64,000 nt of DNA. It comes from Caldicellulosiruptor naganoensis. Its GTDB lineage: Bacteria > Bacillota > Thermoanaerobacteria > Caldicellulosiruptorales > Caldicellulosiruptoraceae. The stretch spans positions 148,582-212,581 of the forward strand of contig NZ_CP113864.1 in assembly GCF_026914285.1 (NCBI RefSeq), in the 5' to 3' direction. The notes under the pieces are model-generated. The model made no database searches, was not told the origin of the DNA, and worked only from the letters and a program-made list of their open reading frames with translations. Positions 42,418-52,184 of the stretch are shown here, one piece after another (the stretch's first letter is position 1; every line of letters begins with the position of its first letter). A program made the position numbers and the translations under genes.

Positions 42418-43347
42418 GTGTTTAAAAATTTCTTGCAAGATTCATTTTTCTACACTAAAAGATACTATGGCTACATATTTGGTCTTGTGGTTATATCATT
42501 TATTTTTGTTCTTCTGTCGGTTGTCATTTTACTAATACTTGGCATTTTGTTGGCTATGTTGATGGGCGTGGATATCTCCACGGCGTTGCTATTGAATGAT
42601 AAAGATATTTTTCCTTTTTTAAGTAGCAGATTTATTTTCTATTTAATTTTAATGGTGCTTCTTTTGGTGATATGGTTATTTTTGGCAGTAGCTTTTGTCC
42701 AATATCCACTTGTAAAAACCTTTATTGAAATCACAAGAGAAAAGGAAATATATAAAAGACCTTTTAGTATTTACTTTGAAAAGATAAAAGAAAAAAATCT
42801 CTTAATGGGTTTGAAAATAATTGGCTTAGGATTGTTATTGATGTTTATAATAGGACCAATATTTGGTATAGGCATTGTTTGTATAGCTGAGGCAGAAACT
42901 ATAATTAATATTTTAGCGCGGCTTGTGGTAATTATAGTTGGAATTGTAGGTGTAATATTTGGAGTTTACTTTTTCTTAAGGCTAATGTATGCAAATGCAG
43001 CATTGGTAGATAAGGATTTGGGAATTTTAGAAAGTATAAGAGAAAGCTTAAAGCTTACAAAAGGAAAAATGGGCTTTGTGATAGCAGCTTTTGTATATAG
43101 CACTATTGTATCAATAATTTTCCAAATACCACTTTATATAGTGGATATACTGTTTAAAACAGGTTCATTCCAAGAAAGTGCACTCTTTATTATTTTAAGC
43201 CTGGCAGGATTTGTTCTTTACCTTATAGCAGTGCCTTACTTTGTAATTATACAGTATCTTCCGTACAATATTCTAAATAGCTACAATAAGGGTGAGAATC
43301 ATCAAGACAAACAAATTGACCAGACTGATGATTATGTGATTGGTTAA
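42418..43347 (+). CDS. Polytopic membrane protein of unknown function (DUF975/GDPD-membrane-domain-like)
   Basis: A 309-aa ORF with about 6 hydrophobic helices. Homology is inferred only from composition and pattern. Confidence 0.5.
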   Translation: MFKNFLQDSFFYTKRYYGYIFGLVVISFIFVLLSVVILLILGILLAMLMGVDISTALLLNDKDIFPFLSSRFIFYLILMVLLLVIWLFLAVAFVQYPLVKTFIEITREKEIYKRPFSIYFEKIKEKNLLMGLKIIGLGLLLMFIIGPIFGIGIVCIAEAETIINILARLVVIIVGIVGVIFGVYFFLRLMYANAALVDKDLGILESIRESLKLTKGKMGFVIAAFVYSTIVSIIFQIPLYIVDILFKTGSFQESALFIILSLAGFVLYLIAVPYFVIIQYLPYNILNSYNKGENHQDKQIDQTDDYVIG

Positions 43348-43379
43348 CGCTGCAAAACATTTTAGTGAGGAGAATGACA

Positions 43380-44165
43380 ATGGCCAGGGTCATTTCAGTC
43401 AGTGATTTATTTATGGACTATGGGCAGGGGAATGTTCTCAATGGAATCAGCTTTGAAGTTGAGGCTGGGCAGATTATAGGGTACATCGGACCAAATGGAG
43501 CAGGCAAGAGCACCACAATTAAAATCTTTTTGGGAATTATTACAAATTATAAAGGCAAGGTTGAGATTTTTGGCGAGGATATCAGAGGGAAGTATCTTTA
43601 CAAAAAAAGAATAGGATATGTTCCAGAGGTAATTGAGCTTTATGAAAGCCTTACTGCAATGGAGTACTTAAATTTTGTGGGTCAGCTTTATGGTCTTGAT
43701 GAGAGGACTGTTAAAAAAAGAGCTTTAGATCTTATTGAAATTTTTGATTTGAAAGATGCCATAAATTCAAGACTTTCTACATATTCAAAAGGTATGAAAC
43801 AAAAACTTGCAATTATTTCAAGCTTAATTCACAATCCTGACCTTTTGTTCTTTGATGAACCCTTGACAGGTCTTGATGCAAATTCAGCAACAATCTTTAA
43901 AGAATTATTGAGAGAACTCAAAAAAGAAGGCAAAACCATCTTTTATTCCTCGCACATTATGGAAGTTGTTGAAAAGGTGAGTGACCGGATTATTCTCTTA
44001 AACAAAGGTACAATTGTTGCAGACGGTTCTTTTGAAGAACTTGCACAAAAACTTAAACAAAGTAATTTAGAGCAGCTTTTCAATGAGCTAACAGGATTTA
44101 CTAATCATCAGGAAATTGCAAAAGAAGTTGTAAAAGTGATAAAGGGTGAAAAAGGTGAGGGATAG
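43380..44165 (+). CDS. ABC transporter ATP-binding protein
   Basis: Walker A is GPNGAGKST, the signature is YSKGMKQKL, Walker B is LLFFDEPLTGLD. Confidence 0.85.
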   Translation: MARVISVSDLFMDYGQGNVLNGISFEVEAGQIIGYIGPNGAGKSTTIKIFLGIITNYKGKVEIFGEDIRGKYLYKKRIGYVPEVIELYESLTAMEYLNFVGQLYGLDERTVKKRALDLIEIFDLKDAINSRLSTYSKGMKQKLAIISSLIHNPDLLFFDEPLTGLDANSATIFKELLRELKKEGKTIFYSSHIMEVVEKVSDRIILLNKGTIVADGSFEELAQKLKQSNLEQLFNELTGFTNHQEIAKEVVKVIKGEKGEG

Positions 44166-44262
44166 TATTGCGGTAAGATTATTAGATTTGTTTTCTCCTT
44201 TGATAAAAAAAGCAGGTATTGATTATGCCACTTTAAAAATTCTTTTGCGATAAAAATTTTTA

Positions 44263-45848
44263 GTGGCAAAAAGAAGTGTGCCCACCCTGCAGAAGTCTTC
44301 TGTTGCAGATAAATTGTCGAAGATTTTCTATATCATTCTTCAATTTTTCATAGGTTTTATTCCTGCGGTGTTTCTTTTAATCAACAGTACAATGTTTGTG
44401 AGAATTTCACTAAACATTGTGATTTTGCTTTTTTTAGTTGTCTCAACTATAATATCAGACTTTTCGTGGTTTATATTAGACATTACAGAGAAGAATATTA
44501 TTTTGACAAAACCGGTTGATGATAAGACATATGCTTTTGCGAAAACATATTTTATTGTTGTTATGCTTTTTTCACGTACATTTTTGGTATTTATAATTTC
44601 TCTAATAGTGGGTGCTATAAAGTATAAACTGTCATTTTTTTTTTTTTTTATTGCTGTTAATCTACCTACTTGTTCTTTTATTTTCATACTGCTTATGTAA
44701 CCTTTTATATGCAGGTATTTTAGTGTATTTTGATGGTGAAAAACTAAGGGATGTCATAGTGGGTTTTCAGATTACTTTGATGGTTGTTTTTTACTATTTT
44801 TTACCAGTTATCGGGGCAAATATTTGAAGCACTTGCGAAAGCCAATTTTTCAAAAGTACGTTCTTGGTGGCTGTATATTTTACCAACATCATGGTTTGCA
44901 AGCTTATTTGAGTATTTGTATGGAAGCAATAGAAGTTTATTGAATCTATTCTTAGGAGTTATGGCAATAGTAATTACACTGTTTTTGGTATATCTTCATA
45001 TTTCTTATACAGGCAAAATTTTAGAAAAAAATCTTGTAAAACTAAACGCAGGTGAAATTGAAGTAAAACCCAAAATTTACAAAATAGGATTTATAAGCAA
45101 TGTCTTGTTGAGAAATGGAGTTCAAAGAGCTTCATATATATTTGCAAAAGCTCAGCTAAAAAGAGACAGGGGATTAAAGAGCAGTATATATCCAAGCCTT
45201 GCCTCATTTTTGGTAATTGCCATAGCACCGGTAATAAGAGAGGCTTTTCAGAAAAAATCGGTCCTTGATGTTTTTTCAAAAGAATTTTTTTTTTATTATT
45301 CAATGTATGTTTTTAAAACAGGTATGATTTTGAGATTTCAGATGGTACAGATAACAAGCAACAAAAACGCTGCATGGATATATCAGGTTTTACCAATAGA
45401 AAGACCTTTTGATATTAAAAAAGGGGCATATTTAGCTTTTGTCTTTACAATAGGTGTAAGACTATTCCTCATACTTTCAATAATACTTTTTATTTTAATC
45501 CACAATTCAATAATTGACTATTTGACAATGTTCTTTATATTGATGTTCTTTTCTCTTTTAGTATTTCCACTTGCAACCCAGCAAATGCCTTTTTCAAGGG
45601 CAGTGCAAGAGCCGCCACAGGGCAAAAAAAGTACAGGGCTTTGGTATTTGGTGTATATGGCTTTGGGTGCTGCTTTAGGATTTGTCCACTATTTTTGGAT
45701 CAAAAAATATAAACTCTATTTTTTAATAGGATTAATAATAGTTGATGTTATTTTGTGGCTTGTTAGATTTGAAATAGCAGATGATTCTGAGAGGGAAGAG
45801 ACTACAAAGAACAATGAAAAAACCATTATTCCTTACAAAAGGTGGTAG
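44263..45848 (+). CDS. ABC transporter permease, fragmented into 2 ORFs around a T15 homopolymer (44635-44649) and adjacent T5/T6 runs
   Basis: Both ORFs are polytopic membrane protein segments. Frames change within T-runs. The combined length of about 525 aa is typical of a permease of this type. Confidence 0.5.
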
Positions 45849-45915
45849 AGATATTTAAATTAATTTTTGTCATGTGGTAGTTGAATCAATACTGTAGAAA
45901 GGAAGGGGCTGAAGA

Positions 45916-46713
45916 ATGATTTCAAGCACGTTAAAGGAAGTGGTTAAATACATTGGATTGTTTGTGCTAAGTACTATTGCAATGGAGGTTATAACTTTTA
46001 TATTTAACAACGATAAATCTGAAAATATAATTTCTCCTATTATATATTACATTGGGATTTTCCTGTTATTTTTAGTATTTACAACAATTTCCCTGAAGAG
46101 AAGAAAAATAAATATTTTAGAGATATGTAATTTTCGAAAAATAACTTTTAAAGATGCTGTTTTCACAATAGTGTTGGCAACAGCTTATTCATTTGTTATT
46201 AGTGCTATTTATACTATTTTAGACTCAAAAGGTATAATAACTCCTTTCAGAGAAGAATATGAAAATTCGATGCAAAGATTTATTGACAACACTAAAACAG
46301 AGCTGGTAATATTTACAATTGTGATAGCAGCACCATTTTTTGAGGAGTTAATGTTCAGAGGTTTAATTTTTGGTACGATGCTTAGAAATCAGATAAATAT
46401 ATTTTTAGCAGTAACTGTTCAAGCACTACTTTTTGGATTGTTTCACTTTGATTTATATCAGGGAATGGATGCTTTTTTTGCTGGAATATTTTCAGCGTTT
46501 GTTTTGTACTGTACAAATTCAATATGGAACTCTATTATATTTCATGCTGTTAGTAACTCTTTTGGGCTTATTAGTTTGATTTATAACATAAATGAAAGTA
46601 CAGAAAGTTACTTACCAATAATGTATTATATATTTATGTTAGTAATTGGAATTATCTTAATGTACGCGCCAATGAGATATTTTTTCAGGAGAAAATCAGA
46701 AATAAAAAATTAA
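45916..46713 (+). CDS. CPBP-family (CAAX/Abi) intramembrane metalloprotease
   Basis: FEELMFRGLIFG, FGLFH and FHAVSN motifs. Confidence 0.8.
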   Translation: MISSTLKEVVKYIGLFVLSTIAMEVITFIFNNDKSENIISPIIYYIGIFLLFLVFTTISLKRRKINILEICNFRKITFKDAVFTIVLATAYSFVISAIYTILDSKGIITPFREEYENSMQRFIDNTKTELVIFTIVIAAPFFEELMFRGLIFGTMLRNQINIFLAVTVQALLFGLFHFDLYQGMDAFFAGIFSAFVLYCTNSIWNSIIFHAVSNSFGLISLIYNINESTESYLPIMYYIFMLVIGIILMYAPMRYFFRRKSEIKN

Positions 46714-46784
46714 AAAATAAAAATAAAGAGGAGTTATTGCATCTTAGAATAACTCCTCTTTTAGTTTTAAAGTCTTAAAAGATG

Positions 46785-47933
46785 TTATTTGGTAATAGAA
46801 ATTCCAGCCATTTTGAGTATATTTTCAACGTTTTTCATCATTGTTTCAATATCTTTGTCTGAAAGCTTGCTTATATTTGCCCCCTTTGATATGTCAATCT
46901 TTGTTATCTTAACCGGTTGATTTAAGGAATTAATGACGCCATCTAAATTGAACATGATTTTGAGGTTATTAGAATCTTTTAAATAAAAATATAGCCTTTC
47001 ACCTTTGAGGGTATTTTTGCTATCAATTCTCATTCTATACTGGAAGGTAAATGGAGGAATTTGAGGAGCTACGCTGTCTATCTGGTAAACTGCTTCTTTT
47101 ACCATTTGTGGATAATTTGATTCGGCTTGCTTCATGATTTCGTCAATGTTTAAAGTGGTACTTTTATCAAGCTGCTGAGCATTCAAAATGGATTGTGCAT
47201 CTTCAAGAATCATCTTTGTAATGCTGAGAACAAACTCTTTTGTTGCCTTGTCATCCGCAGCTTTTGTCAAAATGGCTTTTAAAAGGTCAAGGGAAGAGTT
47301 CTTATTGAATTCGAAAATAATCTCATCACAGCTTTCCTTTTTACCATTGCTAAATGTAAGTTCAACTTTTTGGCTAGATAGCTTTGCACAAGATGCAAGT
47401 TTTGGTAAAACAATGTCTGCATAGCTTGCAATAAGAGCTTGAAGCTGAGGATTGTTTTGAATATCAAAAAGTTTTATATACTTGTTTACATCAATCTGTA
47501 CAGGCATATTGGCATATGCGTCGCTTAGCTTCACATAAAGTGGCTTTGAATAAATTTGTGGGAAGTTGTATGCAACATATTCTTTGTTAACATACATTGA
47601 ACCTTTCAAGAGTTCTTTATTATTGTAATAAAGGGCAATTTGCATACTGCTTTCGTATTTTGAAACGTCTGAAATAACCCTGCCCTTGATGTACATTTTT
47701 TTGAAAAACTCTTCTAACTTTTTGCTATTCTCTGTTGCATTGTTTCCTGCAGAATACCTCAAATCAATTCTGAACTCTTCATCAATAGTTTTGCTACCCT
47801 GAGCCTGAGCATAAGCTAAGCCCGCTTTTAAAAGAGGAGTAGAGATCGTTTGAGAATATGCAACAGAGCTTAGAAGTAAACTCAAAAGCAAGACAAATAC
47901 AATACTTACGTTTAATAAGGTTTTCCTTTTCAA
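46785..47933 (-). CDS. Secreted/lipoprotein-like hypothetical protein
   Basis: A signal peptide MKRKTLLNVSIVFVLLLSLLLSSVAYSQ in a 382-aa ORF with no recognised domain. Confidence 0.55.
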   Translation of the reverse strand: MKRKTLLNVSIVFVLLLSLLLSSVAYSQTISTPLLKAGLAYAQAQGSKTIDEEFRIDLRYSAGNNATENSKKLEEFFKKMYIKGRVISDVSKYESSMQIALYYNNKELLKGSMYVNKEYVAYNFPQIYSKPLYVKLSDAYANMPVQIDVNKYIKLFDIQNNPQLQALIASYADIVLPKLASCAKLSSQKVELTFSNGKKESCDEIIFEFNKNSSLDLLKAILTKAADDKATKEFVLSITKMILEDAQSILNAQQLDKSTTLNIDEIMKQAESNYPQMVKEAVYQIDSVAPQIPPFTFQYRMRIDSKNTLKGERLYFYLKDSNNLKIMFNLDGVINSLNQPVKITKIDISKGANISKLSDKDIETMMKNVENILKMAGISITK

Positions 47934-48186
47934 AACATTTACCCCCTCGCAGATTTTGATTAAAAAACTGTGTATATGTCAAGTATATACAATAGAAGTT
48001 AAACTGTCAAGAAATTTTTGAAATAACAAATAAAACCTTGGAATACTTCTCTAAGTTATTTGATTTATTAGATTTCAAGAAGCCTCTTTACACTTTCTTT
48101 ACGATTTAATCATAGTTTGTTCATAGTAAATGGGTATTATAAATATTGTAGTCGGCAAATTAAAATTATGAAAGGAGATGAAAATC

Positions 48187-48464
48187 ACATGATGGGGCAT
48201 TTTTATAGAGATTTTGACGGTCTTTGGGGATTTCACATGATTGGAGGGTGGATAATGGGTATACTTTTTCTAATTGTCTTTGTTGCTTTGGTAATTTATG
48301 TTGTCAACAAATTAAGCCATATATATTTGCAGACTAAAAGAGATACTTTGTCAAAATCAGAGGCAGATGATGAAGCATTGCGAATTTTAAATACCAGATT
48401 TGCAAACGGCGAGATATCCGAGGAAGAGTATGAAAGAAAGAAAAAGATAATTTTAAACAGATAG
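48187..48464 (+). CDS. SHOCT-domain membrane protein
   Basis: One TM helix plus a C-terminal ...LNTRFANGEISEEEYERKKKIILNR (SHOCT). Confidence 0.55.
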
Positions 48465-48552
48465 TAAACAATGACAAAAATCTACAAAATTTTAGGCTGT
48501 CGCACATTTTTACTGCGACAGCCTATTTATTAATTTGGTCAACTACTTATCA

Positions 48553-49101
48553 TTAATAATTCTCAGCTCTAATCTCAAAGAAAGACTGTGGATGTTTGCA
48601 AGCTGGGCATACCTTTGGAGCTTCTTTGCCAACATGTACATAGCCGCAATTTCTGCACTTCCAAACAACAACATCATCTTTTACGAATACCTTGCCGTTT
48701 TCAACATTTTCAAGAAGCTTTCTGTATCTTTCCTCATGCTTTTCTTCAACCTTTGCAACAAACTCAAATGCAGTTGCAATCTCATCAAAACCTTCTTCCC
48801 TTGCAACTTTAGCAAACTCTTTGTACATCTCTGCCCATTCGTAATGTTCGCCTTCTGCAGCAGCTTTGAGGTTTTCTGCCGTGTTACCAATTCCGTTTAA
48901 GAACTTGAAAAATAGCTTTGCATGTTCCTTTTCATTTTCAGCTGTCTCTTCAAAGATTGCTGCAATCTGCTCATATCCTTCTTTTCTTGCCTGTGATGCA
49001 AAGTAAGTATATTTGTTTCTTGCCTGAGACTCACCAGCAAATGCTGCCCATAAGTTCTTTTCTGTCTGTGTTCCTTTCAAATCTTTCATTTCAAAACTCA
49101 A
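48553..49101 (-). CDS. rbr: Rubrerythrin
   Basis: A di-iron four-helix-bundle ([26 protein letters not shown]) and a C-terminal rubredoxin-like CRNCGY...CPAC. Confidence 0.9.
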   Translation of the reverse strand: MSFEMKDLKGTQTEKNLWAAFAGESQARNKYTYFASQARKEGYEQIAAIFEETAENEKEHAKLFFKFLNGIGNTAENLKAAAEGEHYEWAEMYKEFAKVAREEGFDEIATAFEFVAKVEEKHEERYRKLLENVENGKVFVKDDVVVWKCRNCGYVHVGKEAPKVCPACKHPQSFFEIRAENY

Positions 49102-49113
49102 CCTCCCAACAAC

Positions 49114-49524
49114 TTAGTTATTTTTATTTTTACAATAAGGGCAGATGCCCTTATAGTAGACATAAATCTCATCAACAATAAATTCAGAAGAAAGAGAAGA
49201 TTGAATAAAATCTGGTTTTACTGAAAAGTCATAAATTTTGCCACAGCTTTTGCACCGAAAATGACCATGCACTGATGTATCTGCGTCAAAGCGTGCAATA
49301 TTTTCTTCAATTGTAATTACCTGCGCAAGTCCTTTTTCTACAAATAAACTTAAAGTGTTGTACACAGACGTTTTTGAAAGTGTAGGAATCTCAAGGACTA
49401 AGCTGCTGTAAATCTCATCTACTGTTGGATGAGTTTTGTGGTTTACTAAATATTCGTAAACTTTAAGCCTTATCAGCGATGGTTTTATTCCCTTTTGTAA
49501 TAGCTTGCTTTTTAAAAAAGCCAA
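49114..49524 (-). CDS. Fur-family transcriptional regulator (PerR-like)
   Basis: A Fur fold with structural Zn sites CKSCGK...CPYC. It is co-oriented with and upstream of rbr. Confidence 0.85.
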   Translation of the reverse strand: MAFLKSKLLQKGIKPSLIRLKVYEYLVNHKTHPTVDEIYSSLVLEIPTLSKTSVYNTLSLFVEKGLAQVITIEENIARFDADTSVHGHFRCKSCGKIYDFSVKPDFIQSSLSSEFIVDEIYVYYKGICPYCKNKNN

Positions 49525-49584
49525 ATCAGAAATTTTTACTTCCCCCTTGTAGATTTAATTTTAGATTGTACTTATTACATTTTT

Positions 49585-49613
49585 ATTATATTTTCAATAT
49601 TGAAATTTGTCAA
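49585..49613 (-). promoter_or_regulatory. Consensus sigma-A promoter (TTGACA-N17-TATAAT) of the perR-rbr operon with a perfect 12-bp palindrome TTCAATATTGAA in the spacer (putative Fur/PerR box)
   Basis: Minus-strand TTGACA at 49613-49608, TATAAT at 49590-49585 and the palindrome at 49593-49604. Confidence 0.6.
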
Positions 49614-49619
49614 GAAAAA

Positions 49620-49683
49620 TTTTTTACAAAAAGTAAAGAGGGCTGTGATTTCAAGCTTCTTTTACCTTTTCAAGCAGCCCTCC
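49620..49683 (-). terminator. Terminator of the alpha-glucosidase gene
   Basis: Stem gagggctg/cagccctc with a T-run on the transcribed (minus) strand. Confidence 0.5.
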
Positions 49684-49699
49684 TTTTAAAGTCGCCCTT

Positions 49700-51367
49700 T
49701 TATATTTTATATACCCTTGCTTCATATGGTTTTAAAACAATTTTTTCTTGAATGTTATCATCTACTTCATAGTTACTTATTAAAAGTTCAGGTTTTTGAG
49801 TGAATATTTCTTTTGGTGCTAAAAACTCACTTTCTTCTTCAGAAAAGTTCATGACAACAAGAAGCCTTTCACCTTCATAATTTCTTGTATATGCAAAAAT
49901 TTTTTCGTCGTCTTCATAAAGCATCTGTACATCACCATATACAATGACAAGATGTTTTTTTCTAAGTTCAATCAATTTCTTATAGTAATAAAACACCGAA
50001 TTTTTATCTTCTAAAGCTTTTTTAACATTTATTTCCTTATAATTTGGATTTACCTTTATCCATGGGGTGCCTTTTGTAAATCCTGCGTTTTCAGAATCAT
50101 CCCACTGCATTGGTGTTCGTGCGTGGTCTCTGCTTCTTTTGTTTAAGATTTCTAAAAGCTCTTCGTCTGATTTTCCAAGCTTTTTCATCTCTTTGTACCA
50201 GTTGAGTGTTTCAATGTCTCTGAACTCATCAATACTTTCGAACTTGCAGTTTGTCATACCAATCTCTTCGCCTTGGTAAATATAAGGAGTTCCCTGCCAT
50301 GTGTGAAGCAGGGTTGCCAAAAGCTTTGCAGACTCAACCCTATACTTTTTGTCGTTTCCAAAGCGTGAGACCATTCTTGGCTGGTCATGGTTGTTAAGAT
50401 AAAGTGAATTCCAGCCCTTGTCTTTTAAAGCTAAGTACCACTTGTACATTATCTTTTTCAAATCAGTGAGTTTCCAAGGTTTTATATTCCACTTGCTGCC
50501 GCTACAGTCCATATCCATATGTTCAAAATGAAAGAGCATATTAAGCTCATTTCTGTCATACTCCAAATATAGCTTTGCAATTTCGGGTGTGACAAATGGG
50601 GTTTCGCCAACTGTCATGATATCATATTTGCTAAGAACTTCTCTGTTCATTTCCTGAAGATATTCATGCACTCTTGGACCGTTGGCATAGTATTTAAAAC
50701 CAATCAAACCTCCTTGATTTTCATCCGGGTCATCTGGCAGTCCTTCAACTTTCGAAATAAGATTAATTACATCCATTCTAAAACCATCTATGCCTTTATC
50801 AAGCCACCATTTCATCATTTTGTAAATTTCTTGTCTGACTTTTGGATTGTCCAAATTGAGGTCTGGCTGCTTTACAGCAAAAAGGTGAAGATAATATTCT
50901 CCTGTCAGCTCATCGTATTCCCAAGCAGAACCACTGAAGAATGATGTCCAGTTGTTAGGTGGTCCCCCATTTTTGCCAGGTCGCCAGAAATAAAAATCTC
51001 TGTAAGGATTGTCTTTTGATTTTCTGGACTCCAAAAACCATTTATGTTCATCAGATGTGTGGTTTACAACTAAGTCCATTAAAATTTTAATTCCTCTTTT
51101 GTGAGCTTGAATCAAGAGCCTATCAAAATCTTCCATTGTACCAAACTCATCCATGATGTCATAGTAATCACTGATGTCATAACCATTGTCAGCGTTTGGA
51201 GATTTGTAAATAGGATTTAGCCAAATGACGTCTACTCCAAGCTCTTGAAGATAATCAAGTTTTTCTATTATTCCTGACAAATCTCCAATTCCATCACCAT
51301 TTGAGTCATAAAAGCTTCGAGGATAGATTTGATATACAACAGCTTCCTTCCACCACTTTTTTAGCAA
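49700..51367 (-). CDS. GH13 oligo-1,6-glucosidase/alpha-glucosidase
   Basis: MLKKWWKEAVVYQIYPRSF, DLVVNHTSDEH, GFRMDVINLISK and a catalytic EVW-type region. 555 aa. Confidence 0.85.
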   Translation of the reverse strand: MLKKWWKEAVVYQIYPRSFYDSNGDGIGDLSGIIEKLDYLQELGVDVIWLNPIYKSPNADNGYDISDYYDIMDEFGTMEDFDRLLIQAHKRGIKILMDLVVNHTSDEHKWFLESRKSKDNPYRDFYFWRPGKNGGPPNNWTSFFSGSAWEYDELTGEYYLHLFAVKQPDLNLDNPKVRQEIYKMMKWWLDKGIDGFRMDVINLISKVEGLPDDPDENQGGLIGFKYYANGPRVHEYLQEMNREVLSKYDIMTVGETPFVTPEIAKLYLEYDRNELNMLFHFEHMDMDCSGSKWNIKPWKLTDLKKIMYKWYLALKDKGWNSLYLNNHDQPRMVSRFGNDKKYRVESAKLLATLLHTWQGTPYIYQGEEIGMTNCKFESIDEFRDIETLNWYKEMKKLGKSDEELLEILNKRSRDHARTPMQWDDSENAGFTKGTPWIKVNPNYKEINVKKALEDKNSVFYYYKKLIELRKKHLVIVYGDVQMLYEDDEKIFAYTRNYEGERLLVVMNFSEEESEFLAPKEIFTQKPELLISNYEVDDNIQEKIVLKPYEARVYKI

Positions 51368-51555
51368 TGTAAATTCCTGCTCCTTTCAATAAAGTGTGGT
51401 ATATCAATAGTATAACATAAATTTTACAAAAACAGTAGACATTACTTGCTATACAAAACATTTTCGAGACAAAAAATACTAAACTATTCTTTTGAGGAAA
51501 AAAATTTATCAAAAATTAAGCAAGAAAGCTCCATCTTCTGTAAAATGGAGATGAA

Positions 51556-52182
51556 TTACTTTTTTATTTCATGTTCTTTATCAGTAAGAGAAATATAAAA
51601 GGTAGCAAGTTTTTCCTTGTTCTTGTATATCATAACGATCAGATTTAAAAACCACAAAGTAAGAAGATAAACAGAAAAATTGTTTAAATATAAATATGCT
51701 CCCACAATTGTAAAACCAAGTACTACCATAAAAGCATCCTCTTGTGTTGTTGTACGGCCACCATGCTTTAGCTTTTTCGCTATTAAAAAGAGCAGGGCAA
51801 GTACTACCGCATAGAAGAGAGAAACCCTAAAACAAGTTGTAGCACTCCACACTCCAAATGTAGTTGCAATTGTTTTTCCACCTCTGAATCTTAGAAAAGG
51901 CGAAAATGCATGTCCCAAGATTGGTGCGATTGCAGCAGGGATAATATATGACTTTGGCAGGTATCCCTTTTCAACAAAATAAACAAGGGGAAAATAACCT
52001 TTTGCAAAATCGAGGAATACTCCTAAAAGTCCAATTTTGACTCCAGCTGCTTGAATTAAGTTAAAAGCTCCTGGATTTCCGTCGCCAACCGCTGTTATAT
52101 CCTTTTTAACAAGCTTTCCAAGCCAGTAAGAGAACATCAGCGACCCACAGAAAAATTCCAAAAGAGTGATTGCAGCAAGCAT
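51556..52182 (-). CDS. PlsY-like glycerol-3-phosphate acyltransferase family membrane protein
   Basis: A GDGNPGAFN motif (compare GSGNxGATN) in a multi-TM context. Confidence 0.55.
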   Translation of the reverse strand: MLAAITLLEFFCGSLMFSYWLGKLVKKDITAVGDGNPGAFNLIQAAGVKIGLLGVFLDFAKGYFPLVYFVEKGYLPKSYIIPAAIAPILGHAFSPFLRFRGGKTIATTFGVWSATTCFRVSLFYAVVLALLFLIAKKLKHGGRTTTQEDAFMVVLGFTIVGAYLYLNNFSVYLLTLWFLNLIVMIYKNKEKLATFYISLTDKEHEIKK

Positions 52183-52184
52183 TT

